Positions 1-8,647 of a stretch of DNA of 64,000 bases are shown here, piece after piece (the first letter of the stretch is position 1; each line of letters starts with the position of its first letter). The notes below the pieces were generated by a model that was not told the origin of the DNA, made no database searches, and saw only the letters and a program-made list of their open reading frames with translations. The position numbers were made by a program, and so were the translations under genes. Origin of the DNA: a virus (Duplodnaviria > Caudoviricetes); IMG/VR virus record IMGVR_UViG_3300002220_000519, positions 1 to 64,000 of that record. The stretch is one strand, 5' to 3'.

Positions 1-1065
1 AGCATTCTTCATAGCTAATAGGATATCATAAATCTTATCGTAGTCAAGTCCGTCTCCCCATAGCACCTTTATCTTTGGGTTTAACTGCTTGAAGCCCTTT
101 TGGTTACACGAGCCACCTATGCGCTCCCAAAGAATGTCAAGGATGCGTAGGACAGTTGAGACAGGATCCCCAGAATCAGGCCGAACAACGAATACCCCGT
201 CTCTGCTCAAGATACGGTCCTTGAACTTTATACCGACTATTTCGTGGCAGAACTTAAAGACATCATAGCTGTCAGCCACGACGGAGAGGATGCCGCCAGG
301 GAATTTATTCAGTAGGTTCTCAACAATGGCAGCTTCTCCTTCTGGCCCTAATGCTGTCATTACTGAATGTTCTGTTGCAGGAACAGAATAGGCACAGACA
401 TCAGAGTAGTAGTACTGCTGAGCTGTTTCTATAGCACGTATTGTGTCTGTTCCTTTAAAGTTAACCAGATGGGCAAGGCCTCCTAATCCGGCGCTTTCGA
501 CGCTGGAAACACCACGGTAGCCAAAGTCGTGAAGCATAAAGTCAAGACCAGCATTTGAGTCTGAAGTTTGATGAAGAAACTGTAAGATCATGCTCTTGAC
601 TTTACGGCTAAGAGTTGCAACAGTACATGGGTACCATACTTGAGATAACAGTGTTTCAAAGTGGTTGGTAAGGGGAGCACACATTGGGTCGAGACTTTCA
701 ATCGTCATAAGTACGTTTCCTGTTGGAACCGGTGTACCTTCAGGGATTGCTTTGATATGTAGTGGTAAAGCGCCATCGTACTTTTTGATGATATGCTCCC
801 ACATGGCCCGGTTGAGTATTTCCTCACTGCCAAAATGTGCTTTGCAAAAGGCAGCTGCATCTTCTATATGCTTTTGTGTAACTACTTTACCAAGCATATA
901 CTTACGAAGAATATACTGTAAACCAAAAAATACAGTATATGAAAATGTAGCACCGGGCCGCGACTCGAAGTATGAGTAAACGCCTTCGGTACCTTCTGGG
1001 TACATCTTGTGATGCCCCATTTTATAGGAGTCTGTTAATAATACTGGGTTGATGTCCTGTGGCAT
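1..1065 (-). CDS. nadV: Nicotinamide phosphoribosyltransferase (NAMPT/NadV), 3' end runs off the window
   Basis: Manual translation MPQDINPVLLTDSYKMGHHKMYPEG...HDFGYRG...SVPATEHS...VVADSYD...VVRPDSGDP...WGDG; AGGAGA RBS upstream; missing from the ORF track because it has no stop in the window. Confidence 0.95.
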   Translation of the reverse strand, partial: MPQDINPVLLTDSYKMGHHKMYPEGTEGVYSYFESRPGATFSYTVFFGLQYILRKYMLGKVVTQKHIEDAAAFCKAHFGSEEILNRAMWEHIIKKYDGALPLHIKAIPEGTPVPTGNVLMTIESLDPMCAPLTNHFETLLSQVWYPCTVATLSRKVKSMILQFLHQTSDSNAGLDFMLHDFGYRGVSSVESAGLGGLAHLVNFKGTDTIRAIETAQQYYYSDVCAYSVPATEHSVMTALGPEGEAAIVENLLNKFPGGILSVVADSYDVFKFCHEIVGIKFKDRILSRDGVFVVRPDSGDPVSTVLRILDILWERIGGSCNQKGFKQLNPKIKVLWGDGLDYDKIYDILLAMKNA

Positions 1066-1072
1066 ATATCTC

Positions 1073-1240
1073 CTATCTTAAGATTCGTTCTAGCTTTTCT
1101 AGTTCGCGCTTCTGAGCGGTTGTATAGTTTTCTTTGTCTACTGGTAGGCGTTTGTACAGACGATCAAGTGCGCCCTGTTGTCTTATGCGCTTTGCTGTGC
1201 GGCCCGGAGTTTTGTGAGACTTGTGTTTAAGTTTGTCCAT
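1073..1240 (-). CDS. Small basic hypothetical protein
   Basis: ORF with AGGAGA RBS before the ATG at 1240. Confidence 0.5.
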   Translation of the reverse strand: MDKLKHKSHKTPGRTAKRIRQQGALDRLYKRLPVDKENYTTAQKRELEKLERILR

Positions 1241-1448
1241 GTTTCTCCTGTTTATAATAAGGTTCAACGCCTGTAAATGATCCTGTAATAGTAAATGCTG
1301 CCTTAATGACTAGTGGCTTGTGGCATGTAGAGCATAGTTTCATACGCCAGTTTTTGGTAGTGTATGGGACTTGCTTACTTGCAGACTTAGGGCGTATTAC
1401 TACTCGCTGGTTCTGTCCACATAGTGGGCATGTAAAGTGTATTAACAT
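1227..1448 (-). CDS. Zn-ribbon hypothetical protein
   Basis: CPLCG...CSTCH motifs; operon-like overlaps with neighbours. Confidence 0.55.
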   Translation of the reverse strand: MLIHFTCPLCGQNQRVVIRPKSASKQVPYTTKNWRMKLCSTCHKPLVIKAAFTITGSFTGVEPYYKQEKHGQT

Positions 1449-1725
1449 AGGCCTTGTGTAACGCTTTCGCCTTTGCCTTTTCCGTTGTCGCGGTTATAAA
1501 GGCTAAAGTCTAAGTCAACTATGGTTTCTCCTTGTTTACCTAAGTTTACCTTCATAACTCGCCCGAACAAATAGTCGAAGTAGTCTAAGCCACTGTCTAG
1601 AATCTCCTGAGCTTGCTCTTCTGTCATATCCCAGGAATGTAATGTGAGTGCCCAAGGCCTAATGGCATAGCAGCGTTGTAGAGAGCGGCTAGTACTTTGG
1701 CACGATTTGCGTCGTTTACTGTCAT
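1442..1725 (-). pseudogene. Conserved phage hypothetical protein split by a 1-bp frameshift (probably a sequencing indel)
   Basis: MTVNDANRAKVLAALYNAAMPLGLGHSHYIPG joins DMTEEQAQ...YFDYLFGRVMKV if one G is added to the run near 1630. Confidence 0.6.
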
Positions 1726-1732
1726 ACCTCTC

Positions 1733-2176
1733 TTATGTTATAAAGTCTATAGTTGATATAATACTAGTTATTATAAAGCTATGGTCAAAAGCAATTGGTA
1801 GGTCTTTTAGCCGTTCAAATGGTACCCAAGCAACATCATTAGCATCACTTCCTGCGATTATGTCTTGATCTGTTTTTAAAGTAGCGGTATAGACAGTAGT
1901 TATATATCTATCTCTTGGGTCTCTTTTTAGTGTAGAGAACGTATGAAACTGTTTTAGCTCTATATCTTTAAGTCCTGTCTCTTCCATTAATTCTCGGGCG
2001 GCTGCTGCACCGAGTTCTTCGTTCATTTCCATATGACCACCTGGTAGAGCCCAACAACCCTTATGTGGGTCAGAACCACGTCTTATCAGTAGAATGTGCC
2101 AACGGTTGTCAATCAGTTTAAATACTGCAGCATCGGCTGTATTTACTGGTCGTGGATATTCGTATGTAAATGACAT
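1733..2176 (-). CDS. Nudix hydrolase, ADP-ribose pyrophosphatase/NrtR-like
   Basis: Nudix box GGHMEMNEELGAAAARELMEETGL; YPRP..TADAAVF, RDPR and AFDH motifs; next to NAMPT. Confidence 0.9.
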   Translation of the reverse strand: MSFTYEYPRPVNTADAAVFKLIDNRWHILLIRRGSDPHKGCWALPGGHMEMNEELGAAAARELMEETGLKDIELKQFHTFSTLKRDPRDRYITTVYTATLKTDQDIIAGSDANDVAWVPFERLKDLPIAFDHSFIITSIISTIDFIT

Positions 2177-2532
2177 CAATCCCCTTTCCATTTACCATGT
2201 GGGTATGCTGAGGCAAAGAATTCAAGTGGTAGAAGAGCAAGTCGTGCATTACCTTCTGTGCTCTTCCAGTAGTCTTGGTCTGTATCGTTACCTAAAGCAG
2301 TTATTGCTGCTCGAATAAGTGGTAGGCTTTGTGTACCTGTCATCCCATAAATAGTTCTTATTCCTTTAGGGCCAAATACCTTTACAAAGTGTGGAGCATA
2401 ATTATAAGTAATGTTAAATTCACAACTATTAGTGCCCCCAACAACATAGGTGCCGCCTCGGAATGGGTGTTTTTCTCGTAGCTCCAGAACTTCTTCTGTT
2501 TCTGGGTGTACTAATGCAATGTCGTAGCTCAT
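2176..2532 (-). CDS. Hypothetical phage protein
   Basis: 118 aa ORF coupled to its neighbours. Confidence 0.6.
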   Translation of the reverse strand: MSYDIALVHPETEEVLELREKHPFRGGTYVVGGTNSCEFNITYNYAPHFVKVFGPKGIRTIYGMTGTQSLPLIRAAITALGNDTDQDYWKSTEGNARLALLPLEFFASAYPHGKWKGD

Positions 2533-2816
2533 TTTGCCTCCTTTTGTTTTATGTCTACTGGCATAATATATATAGGTGCGCCAGTAGAGTCATTGCCGTA
2601 GTAAGCGTATCCTTTTTTAACAAGTTCTCTATAGATACTTGTTTTGGTGTGGTCTTTGGTTATCATTGCAGACAAAGTAGCTGTTAGTGTTATTAGCCCA
2701 ACCATAGCCATTAATTTGAAGGAGATTATGTCATCTTCATTTTTTAGTAGCCAAACTGCAATACTACAAAGTATAATAATTGCTGATATGAATATATAAA
2801 GTAGTATAATTTCCAT
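2529..2816 (-). CDS. Two-TM membrane protein
   Basis: Two hydrophobic segments. Confidence 0.55.
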   Translation of the reverse strand: MEIILLYIFISAIIILCSIAVWLLKNEDDIISFKLMAMVGLITLTATLSAMITKDHTKTSIYRELVKKGYAYYGNDSTGAPIYIMPVDIKQKEAK

Positions 2817-2817
2817 T

Positions 2818-3261
2818 TTATACTGGCCTTTCTGTAATTATTGCTGTTGGGATGCAGTGTTCTATAATAGCACTATATACTAACCAGCTGCCTCCGGCTA
2901 AGCTACAACCCATATTTAGTGGTATATAGACACACTCATTGTTTCTTTGTGTGTTTAAAGCAGTTAAGGCTTTACGTACAGCTGTATAATCTGTATAACA
3001 GACATGTGGATTTTTGCCATAGTGCAGCTGTCCAAACACATTGCAAACTTTTAATGTAGGAGAAACGTCTACCAGTAGTATTTGTCCTAGTAATGTGTCT
3101 GGTGTGGACCTCCCCCAGAATCTAAGGTAAGATTGGTAAACCTCTGGCCATTTTTGCCGTATTGCAAGTGCTAAGCCTGAGCCCATCTTCCCTTGGCAGT
3201 TTACCTGCTGACAAATAATCCCTTCTTTTATGTCGAGCAGGTTTGTCTTTGTTATCAGCAT
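2818..3261 (-). CDS. Macro domain protein (Poa1p-like ADP-ribose processing)
   Basis: NLLDIKEGIICQQVNCQGKMGSGLALAIRQKWP...IPLNMGCSLAGGSW; start trimmed to MLITK. Confidence 0.85.
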   Translation of the reverse strand: MLITKTNLLDIKEGIICQQVNCQGKMGSGLALAIRQKWPEVYQSYLRFWGRSTPDTLLGQILLVDVSPTLKVCNVFGQLHYGKNPHVCYTDYTAVRKALTALNTQRNNECVYIPLNMGCSLAGGSWLVYSAIIEHCIPTAIITERPV

Positions 3262-4265
3262 GGTTCTTTCCTCTCTCCGCCTTGCGGCGGGGTTATGTCC
3301 TTGGCGAGGGCGGCTTCTTTTTGTTCTGCCATCTCCCACCCAATAGAATTCTTGGCATCGTTTATTTTATGGACAGCCTTTATCAGTCCAAGATTATAAG
3401 CCAACTGTTCGCACTGTTCTATCATTGCTAATAAGTTTGCCTCTTTGGTAGGGATAATCTTAGACTCTGCATGGATTTTCTCTATAGACTTTTGCCACTC
3501 TTCAACCTCGTGTATTGTTGCTTTACCGCAGTCTCCCATACTATTCCAGACTTCTTTTCCGTACCAATTACCAAAGGCTATAAGTTCATTAAAAGTAAAG
3601 GGCTGCTCTGTAATTGGTTTGCAGTCTTCACAAGGGTGGTCTTGTTTAATAGTTCCTAAGATAACCGGACATTTTTCATCTCCGTACTTACAGCCATGCT
3701 TTTTACAGCAATGGGTCCTATGAACACCTGTACTATCAGGTTTAACTTTGCTAATAATGCTTTGTGCAGTTTGAATTACATTCCTTTCTGCTGCGCCTAG
3801 GTCTGTTCTTAACTTGCACTCTGTATTATGTATGTCTTGTGTTATGTCTTTTGCATCTTTGATAGCAGTATCATAAAAGTGATCATATGTAAGCTTTGTT
3901 TGTTTATAGCGCTCTACAGCTAGTTGTAAAATAGCTGTAAGCTTTCTGTTTGCTAGTACAAGATCACAAATTTTAGTGTCTGCGTTGAACAGTAGCTCCT
4001 TAAGCCCGCTAATCTGCTTTTTATAATATTCGATACTCTCTATTACTATGTTGCCCCATCCTGCATTCCAGCGAATTTCTAGAGTGCCATCTGAGCCATC
4101 ATTATCTCCTATAAATATCTGGATCTGCGGCTTTATCCCATCAAATACTTCTGGGCCATAGGAGTTAAGAACATCTTCATATTTAGTAAAGGCTTTGTCT
4201 ATAAACTGCTTCATTTTGCGAATCTTGTCTTTGCCATTTACCTTTAGCAGTATTTCTGAACTCAT
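3255..4265 (-). CDS. Hypothetical protein with coiled coil and Cys-rich segment
   Basis: 336 aa ORF; HCCKKHGCKY...CP...CEDC. Confidence 0.6.
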   Translation of the reverse strand: MSSEILLKVNGKDKIRKMKQFIDKAFTKYEDVLNSYGPEVFDGIKPQIQIFIGDNDGSDGTLEIRWNAGWGNIVIESIEYYKKQISGLKELLFNADTKICDLVLANRKLTAILQLAVERYKQTKLTYDHFYDTAIKDAKDITQDIHNTECKLRTDLGAAERNVIQTAQSIISKVKPDSTGVHRTHCCKKHGCKYGDEKCPVILGTIKQDHPCEDCKPITEQPFTFNELIAFGNWYGKEVWNSMGDCGKATIHEVEEWQKSIEKIHAESKIIPTKEANLLAMIEQCEQLAYNLGLIKAVHKINDAKNSIGWEMAEQKEAALAKDITPPQGGERKEPC

Positions 4266-4711
4266 CTTTTGCCTTTCTGTTTGTCTTTTAGAACTGTTAT
4301 GTCATAGACTTCTTCTATTTCAAAGCCTGTACCATGACAGTCTTTACACGGACCTTCTGCCACCTTTATTGGTTTAGACCCTGTTCCTTGACAGGTAGTA
4401 CAAGTTCGTGGGTTTTTACAACCACAGGGTTCTTGTCCTAAGATTGGTTCTATCTTTGTTCCTTTGCACCGCCAGCACTCTTCGGTACTCTGGTCAAAGG
4501 CTATAGGTTCATTATTTACTTTTTCGTGAGCTGGACACTTGCAGTCTGGATTTTTGTAGTCATCACATCCGTTGGTTTGGTCAACGCTGTCAAAGAATAG
4601 TTCCTTATTTCCACACCAACAAGTTGGCTCTCTTCCGCCTTCGTACGCGTCTCTGGTGTTTAGTCTATGACCGTTTCCGCAATAGATTACTACATAGCCT
4701 TCGTAAGACAT
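4262..4711 (-). CDS. DnaJ-type zinc-finger-like protein
   Basis: CxxCxGxG-like repeats CWRCKGT, CTTCQGTG, CKDCHGTG. Confidence 0.6.
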   Translation of the reverse strand: MSYEGYVVIYCGNGHRLNTRDAYEGGREPTCWCGNKELFFDSVDQTNGCDDYKNPDCKCPAHEKVNNEPIAFDQSTEECWRCKGTKIEPILGQEPCGCKNPRTCTTCQGTGSKPIKVAEGPCKDCHGTGFEIEEVYDITVLKDKQKGKR

Positions 4712-4880
4712 TGATTCCTCCTATTATAGTCTAAGTCTTGCTAATTGGTCAAGCTCATTAAAGACTGCGTCACAGTAAGAAGATAGTCCTGGATGACGGT
4801 CTTTTAGTAGCTTTTTGAGCTTATCAACGTGTTCCTCAACCTTGTCGAGCTTTTCTTCGTACGTATTTGCCATAGTACCT

Positions 4881-5108
4881 CTATTTATTTTTGTAGCAAG
4901 GGCAGGACTTAGCATGTATTATTCCACCGCGTGTATTTACAAGATAGTCGTGGTTCTCTATTGTTATCATGTAAATAGTTGTACCGTAAGTAGTAACAAC
5001 AGAAGGGGCGCTACGTTGTATTTTTGGCCTTTTTGAGTTATTACAGCCTGAAGCAAAAAATATTATGACCATGGCAGCTGTAAGGTATACTCCGATAAAT
5101 AGTTTCAT
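4881..5108 (-). CDS. Putative lipoprotein
   Basis: Hydrophobic signal followed by lipobox-like FASGC. Confidence 0.5.
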   Translation of the reverse strand: MKLFIGVYLTAAMVIIFFASGCNNSKRPKIQRSAPSVVTTYGTTIYMITIENHDYLVNTRGGIIHAKSCPCYKNK

Positions 5109-5316
5109 CTCAAACCTTTTTAAAGATTAGTTCGTACCAGAATGCTAAGATAAGGTTTACTTGTGTACCAATAGCTATATAGTTCCATGGTACTGGTATT
5201 TTTGTGTTGAAACTATCATAAAGCCCGCAGTTATAGAGCATAATAGCTCTATGAGTAAAAGAACAAAGCTTATTTTAAACCATAAGCTCAAGTTCTTTGC
5301 TATAGGCCTTTCAAAG

Positions 5317-5553
5317 CTAAGACTGACTTTGAACTTTGTCATCTTTTACTTCTTCTTTGATTGTACTATAGGTAATGTTAACTGTGGCTAAGAATGTGCC
5401 TTTTACCTCTAATAGTTGTACCTTGTTTCCACGAACTTCTGCCCACTTTGCTCCATCTTCTAAGCATGCTTTTTCGTCGAGATATGGTCCTTTTAGTGGT
5501 AGGTCGGCAATTATACCACCGGACTGTTCTTGTTTGATAAGTAAGTAGTACAT
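5317..5553 (-). CDS. Hypothetical protein
   Basis: ORF with AGGAG RBS. Confidence 0.5.
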   Translation of the reverse strand: MYYLLIKQEQSGGIIADLPLKGPYLDEKACLEDGAKWAEVRGNKVQLLEVKGTFLATVNITYSTIKEEVKDDKVQSQS

Positions 5554-5573
5554 AAGGCTCCTATATTAGTGAT

Positions 5574-6027
5574 TGGCAGGTCAGCTGGGACTCGAACCCA
5601 GGTCTTGAAATTATTTTGTGTTTTGGAGACTATTTGTGGTGTAATTGATGTAATACAAAGGAGTGATCAATATGCCCACAAAAGAATGGCGAGATTGCCA
5701 CAAAAATGAACTTAGAGCGTATAGACGCAAATGGTATGCTAGTAATAAAAAGCATGCTATAAATAAGGTAATGACTCGTAAGCATGCAACTAGAGTATGG
5801 CTAAATAAACTGAAGGAAGATAGGGGTTGTGCTCTGTGCGGCGAAAATGACGCAATTTGTTTAGATTTTCATCATAGAGCTGATAAACAGTTTCATCTTT
5901 CACGGGCACCTGCTCTTGGGTGGTCAAGAGCACGTATATTAGTAGAAGTTGCTAAGTGTGATGTTCTTTGTGCTAATTGTCATAGAAAGTTACATAGGCC
6001 TATTCTACCCAGTTGAAATACCGACCT
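5574..6027 (-). other. Split tRNA-Trp-like scaffold: 5' half ~5997-6027, 3' half 5574-~5606, enclosing an antisense HNH gene
   Basis: 5' AGGTCGG-TA-TTTC-AACTGGGTA-GAAT-A and 3' CTGGG-TTCGAGT-CCCAG-CTGACCT-G-CCA; the 7-bp acceptor stem pairs; no anticodon arm. Confidence 0.75.
5672..6016 (+). CDS. HNH endonuclease
   Basis: CALCG...LDFHH...KCDVLCANCHRKLH; AAGGAG RBS; own extended -10 TGTGGTGTAAT at ~5636-5646. Confidence 0.9.
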   Translation: MPTKEWRDCHKNELRAYRRKWYASNKKHAINKVMTRKHATRVWLNKLKEDRGCALCGENDAICLDFHHRADKQFHLSRAPALGWSRARILVEVAKCDVLCANCHRKLHRPILPS

Positions 6028-6033
6028 ACATCT

Positions 6034-6579
6034 TTAACTTTTCCAATATGTTTTGACTGCTTTACGCACGTCTTTGTAGTATATGTCGTTGAGGCTTATA
6101 TTACCTTTTAGTGTTGTATTACACTTTTTGACAAGTACAGGAACAACACCAGTACTGACCATATCTAGGTTTTGTGCCATAATTTCAGATACATCAAGCT
6201 TTCTAAGCGGGTCTTCAGGAACCAGAGGGCCGCGGTCTAACACCATGCCATATGTCATCTTACCATTTAGAAGGTTTGTTACAGAGATAATAGTTCCAAG
6301 TGGATAGTCCCAAGAAGCACACATTGGTAAGTTTTTATCAAATGGAATACCAGATGCAGTTCTTCTTCCTTGGTGATGGTCGCCGTAGAAAGATGATCTG
6401 CAGAGCTGACCCTTGGTTAAAGCTATTAGTGCTACACAGTTATTTAACTGTGTTTGTGTACTATCAAGCTGGGCAGAAAGCTTGTCTATTTTTACCTTAT
6501 AGTCGTTGTCTTCTCTTACCCAAATAGACATAAGGATAATGAAAGTAATAAGTGCTATAAACGGATACGGTGTTTTCAT
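6034..6579 (-). CDS. rlpA: RlpA-like (DPBB) lytic transglycosylase with N-terminal membrane anchor
   Basis: SSFYGDHHQGRRTASG.PFD...A...PLGT...VTNL.NGK.....LDRGP....RKLDVS. Confidence 0.8.
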   Translation of the reverse strand: MKTPYPFIALITFIILMSIWVREDNDYKVKIDKLSAQLDSTQTQLNNCVALIALTKGQLCRSSFYGDHHQGRRTASGIPFDKNLPMCASWDYPLGTIISVTNLLNGKMTYGMVLDRGPLVPEDPLRKLDVSEIMAQNLDMVSTGVVPVLVKKCNTTLKGNISLNDIYYKDVRKAVKTYWKS

Positions 6580-6581
6580 TT

Positions 6582-6815
6582 TTACTCTTTTATTATTATT
6601 TCAAACTCTTTTATCAGCTTCTCAACCATTGTTTCGTATGATCCTTTGTGTTCATAGGAGTAGAATTGTAAGTATATTTTTCCATCTCGTTCAACAATCC
6701 TGACTTTATCGGTGGCGTCATAACCACCGCAATCAACTGCAAAAAGTTCTAATGTCTTTTCTTTTTCATATTCTTTTTCACAGAACTGCTTCCAGAGCAC
6801 TTTCCACCCTTCCAT
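6582..6815 (-). CDS. Hypothetical protein
   Basis: ORF in a tightly packed operon. Confidence 0.5.
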   Translation of the reverse strand: MEGWKVLWKQFCEKEYEKEKTLELFAVDCGGYDATDKVRIVERDGKIYLQFYSYEHKGSYETMVEKLIKEFEIIIKE

Positions 6816-6816
6816 G

Positions 6817-7086
6817 TTATCTCCATCCTTTTTCTAGTTTCTGGAGATCATGCAATATATACTGTTGTGCACATAAACAGCAATACGCTTCTGCTTGTAA
6901 CTTAAAGGTTTTGTCATCTCTTCTTGTAAGTACCAACCCCTTGTATTTGTTGCAGTGGTATCTATATGGACTACCTGCAAATCTCCTCATTCTTCGGTAA
7001 GATATCTTAATAGGTGTGCTATGTATGTTTTTTCCTATTTCCTCGTTGAGCAGGAGAGAGCCGTTTGGGTCTAGCGGGTTTTTCAT
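6817..7086 (-). CDS. Hypothetical protein
   Basis: ORF in a tightly packed operon. Confidence 0.5.
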   Translation of the reverse strand: MKNPLDPNGSLLLNEEIGKNIHSTPIKISYRRMRRFAGSPYRYHCNKYKGLVLTRRDDKTFKLQAEAYCCLCAQQYILHDLQKLEKGWR

Positions 7087-7222
7087 CTTTTGGCTTAAAT
7101 ATGTTCTTTTTTAGGGCCATGCTAGCTGCTAATAAAACTGCTAGCATTTTGTTTATGTCTTTTGGGTTACCAGCCATATAGACTTCATTGTTATTCAGAG
7201 TTATTATAGCATACCAGTTGAG

Positions 7223-7513
7223 TTATAACCCCATATCTGTTATATTGTTACTACACTGCTTTCTAAAAGCTGGTATAGTCATAAATAGTACGACAATTAC
7301 TGCTATCTGTAAAAGGAAGAGCCCTATAGCAGTAAGGCCAGAGGACAGCCCCATATCTATTATAATACCAATAAAGCAAAAGATGACTAAAGATATAAGC
7401 AAATACTCGATGTTCTTTACACCTAGTAGCCATTTGCAAATACTGGGGGCCAGTATAAATATGGCGGCTACTATACCAAAAAGTAGGTAAAGTGTTAGTA
7501 GATACAGCATCAT
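7223..7513 (-). CDS. Three-TM membrane protein
   Basis: Three hydrophobic helices; AGGAG RBS. Confidence 0.55.
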   Translation of the reverse strand: MMLYLLTLYLLFGIVAAIFILAPSICKWLLGVKNIEYLLISLVIFCFIGIIIDMGLSSGLTAIGLFLLQIAVIVVLFMTIPAFRKQCSNNITDMGL

Positions 7514-7780
7514 AAGCTCCTATTTAAGGTTTGGGTTGTGTGCTATATAATCGTCAACGGCAGAATAGAGAACCGATTTTACAAGGTCTGTTGCATTAGA
7601 AGCAGCAATACCTTTACGTATTCGTTCAATAGCAGCTCTGTCAGGTTTCTTTTCCAGAGCGCTTAATAGTTTATGTATAAGATCGTTGGTCATACGATAT
7701 TGTGGTGGAGCTGACTGGGATCGAACCAGTCGTTGAAGCATTTTGGTATTAGCTAAGTTATTGTGGTATAATAGTATATA

Positions 7781-7855
7781 TGGTGGAGGTAGCAGGATTT
7801 GAACCCGCGCATATCTGGTCGCAAACCAGACGCCTTACCACTTGGCCATACCCCC
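7781..7855 (-). tRNA. tRNA-Ala(UGC)
   Basis: Full cloverleaf; anticodon arm TCTGG-TTTGCGA-CCAGA; G3.U70; encoded CCA. Confidence 0.92.
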
Positions 7856-7876
7856 AATTTAACTATAGGATTAACT

Positions 7877-8419
7877 ATGTATTCAACTAATGATACTGGA
7901 AAACGATCCTTCTTCACATGTGAAGTTTGTGAAAAGAGTTTTAGTATACCAACACGATTTCTTTCACGTAAGGATGATCATATAAAGCATAAGTACTGCT
8001 CTAAGATCTGTTCTAGCTTTGCTAGGAGAAAGCGGGTTATAGTTACTCGTTTAGTGTGTAATAAGGCTATAGAAAGGACTGAGTCAAAACTTAGAAAGTC
8101 TAAACACGGATTACATTTTTGTAGTAGGGCTTGTAAAGATAAGGCACAACGTATAGATGGTATAAGGGCTATGCACCCACCACATTATGGTGATGGTAAA
8201 TGTGATTATAGAAGACGAGCTATTGAATATTATGGTTGTAAATGTGCAGTTTGTGACATTACTGAAATAGGTATGTTAGATGTACATCATATAGACGAAG
8301 ATAGGGCAAACAATGCAATAGATAATCTTATTGTACTATGTGCTAATCATCATGTTTTAGTAACTAGAGGATTAGCTAATATAGTAGATAGACAGTTACA
8401 TATGTGCTCTACCAAGTGA
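7877..8419 (+). CDS. HNH endonuclease with N-terminal Zn-finger (TRASH-like) repeats
   Basis: CEVCEK...YCSKIC...FCSRACK; CAVCD...LDVHHIDEDRANNAIDNLIVLCANHH; TGTGGTATAAT at 7762-7772. Confidence 0.9.
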   Translation: MYSTNDTGKRSFFTCEVCEKSFSIPTRFLSRKDDHIKHKYCSKICSSFARRKRVIVTRLVCNKAIERTESKLRKSKHGLHFCSRACKDKAQRIDGIRAMHPPHYGDGKCDYRRRAIEYYGCKCAVCDITEIGMLDVHHIDEDRANNAIDNLIVLCANHHVLVTRGLANIVDRQLHMCSTK

Positions 8420-8436
8420 GCTACAGCCCCACATAT

Positions 8437-8646
8437 TTATGGTCTTGTAACTAAGCCGCAGTAGCCTGTATTGCGGTGGAGAGACTGCCAACACGCACAG
8501 CCATCTGCAATACAATAAGAGCCTGGTACCGGTTTGTCTTCTGCGTCTCTATTAAAGCTAAAGCGTATAGGATAACCGTCGGCTCTTGGAACCGAAAAAG
8601 GTTTGGAAAATGGACACCATTTCTTCTTAGCTGTGTCGATTGTCAC
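8437..8646 (-). CDS. Cys-rich hypothetical protein
   Basis: WCPF...CIADGCACW...GYCGL. Confidence 0.55.
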   Translation of the reverse strand: MTIDTAKKKWCPFSKPFSVPRADGYPIRFSFNRDAEDKPVPGSYCIADGCACWQSLHRNTGYCGLVTRP

Positions 8647-8647
8647 G

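Larger units (their letters stand above)
7703..8430 (-). other. Split tRNA-Ala-like scaffold: 5' half ~8403-8430, 3' half 7703-~7737, enclosing an intact tRNA-Ala and an antisense HNH gene
   Basis: 5' GGGGCTG-TA-GCTC-ACTTGGTA-GAGC-A and 3' ACTGG-TTCGATC-CCAGT-CAGCTCC-A-CCA; G3.U70 and A73 retained. Confidence 0.8.

Noticed and set aside
5600-5612. TTCAA next to the T arm read as a UCA (Sec/opal) anticodon
   Set aside because: There is no room for an anticodon stem and variable region before the T stem.
5620-5630. GT-CTCCAAA-AC Trp anticodon-loop look-alike inside element 1
   Set aside because: Only a 2-bp stem, inside the HNH promoter spacer; probably chance, though worth rechecking in homologs.
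7799-7876. N-terminal extension of the HNH ORF given by the ORF track
   Set aside because: It is the antisense of tRNA-Ala; the RBS supports the ATG at 7877.
5574-8430. Calling the split tRNA shells tmRNA (ssrA)
   Set aside because: They have canonical D arms; no helix 2, pseudoknot or tag ORF is seen; element 1 lacks G3.U70; the interiors are antisense HNH genes.
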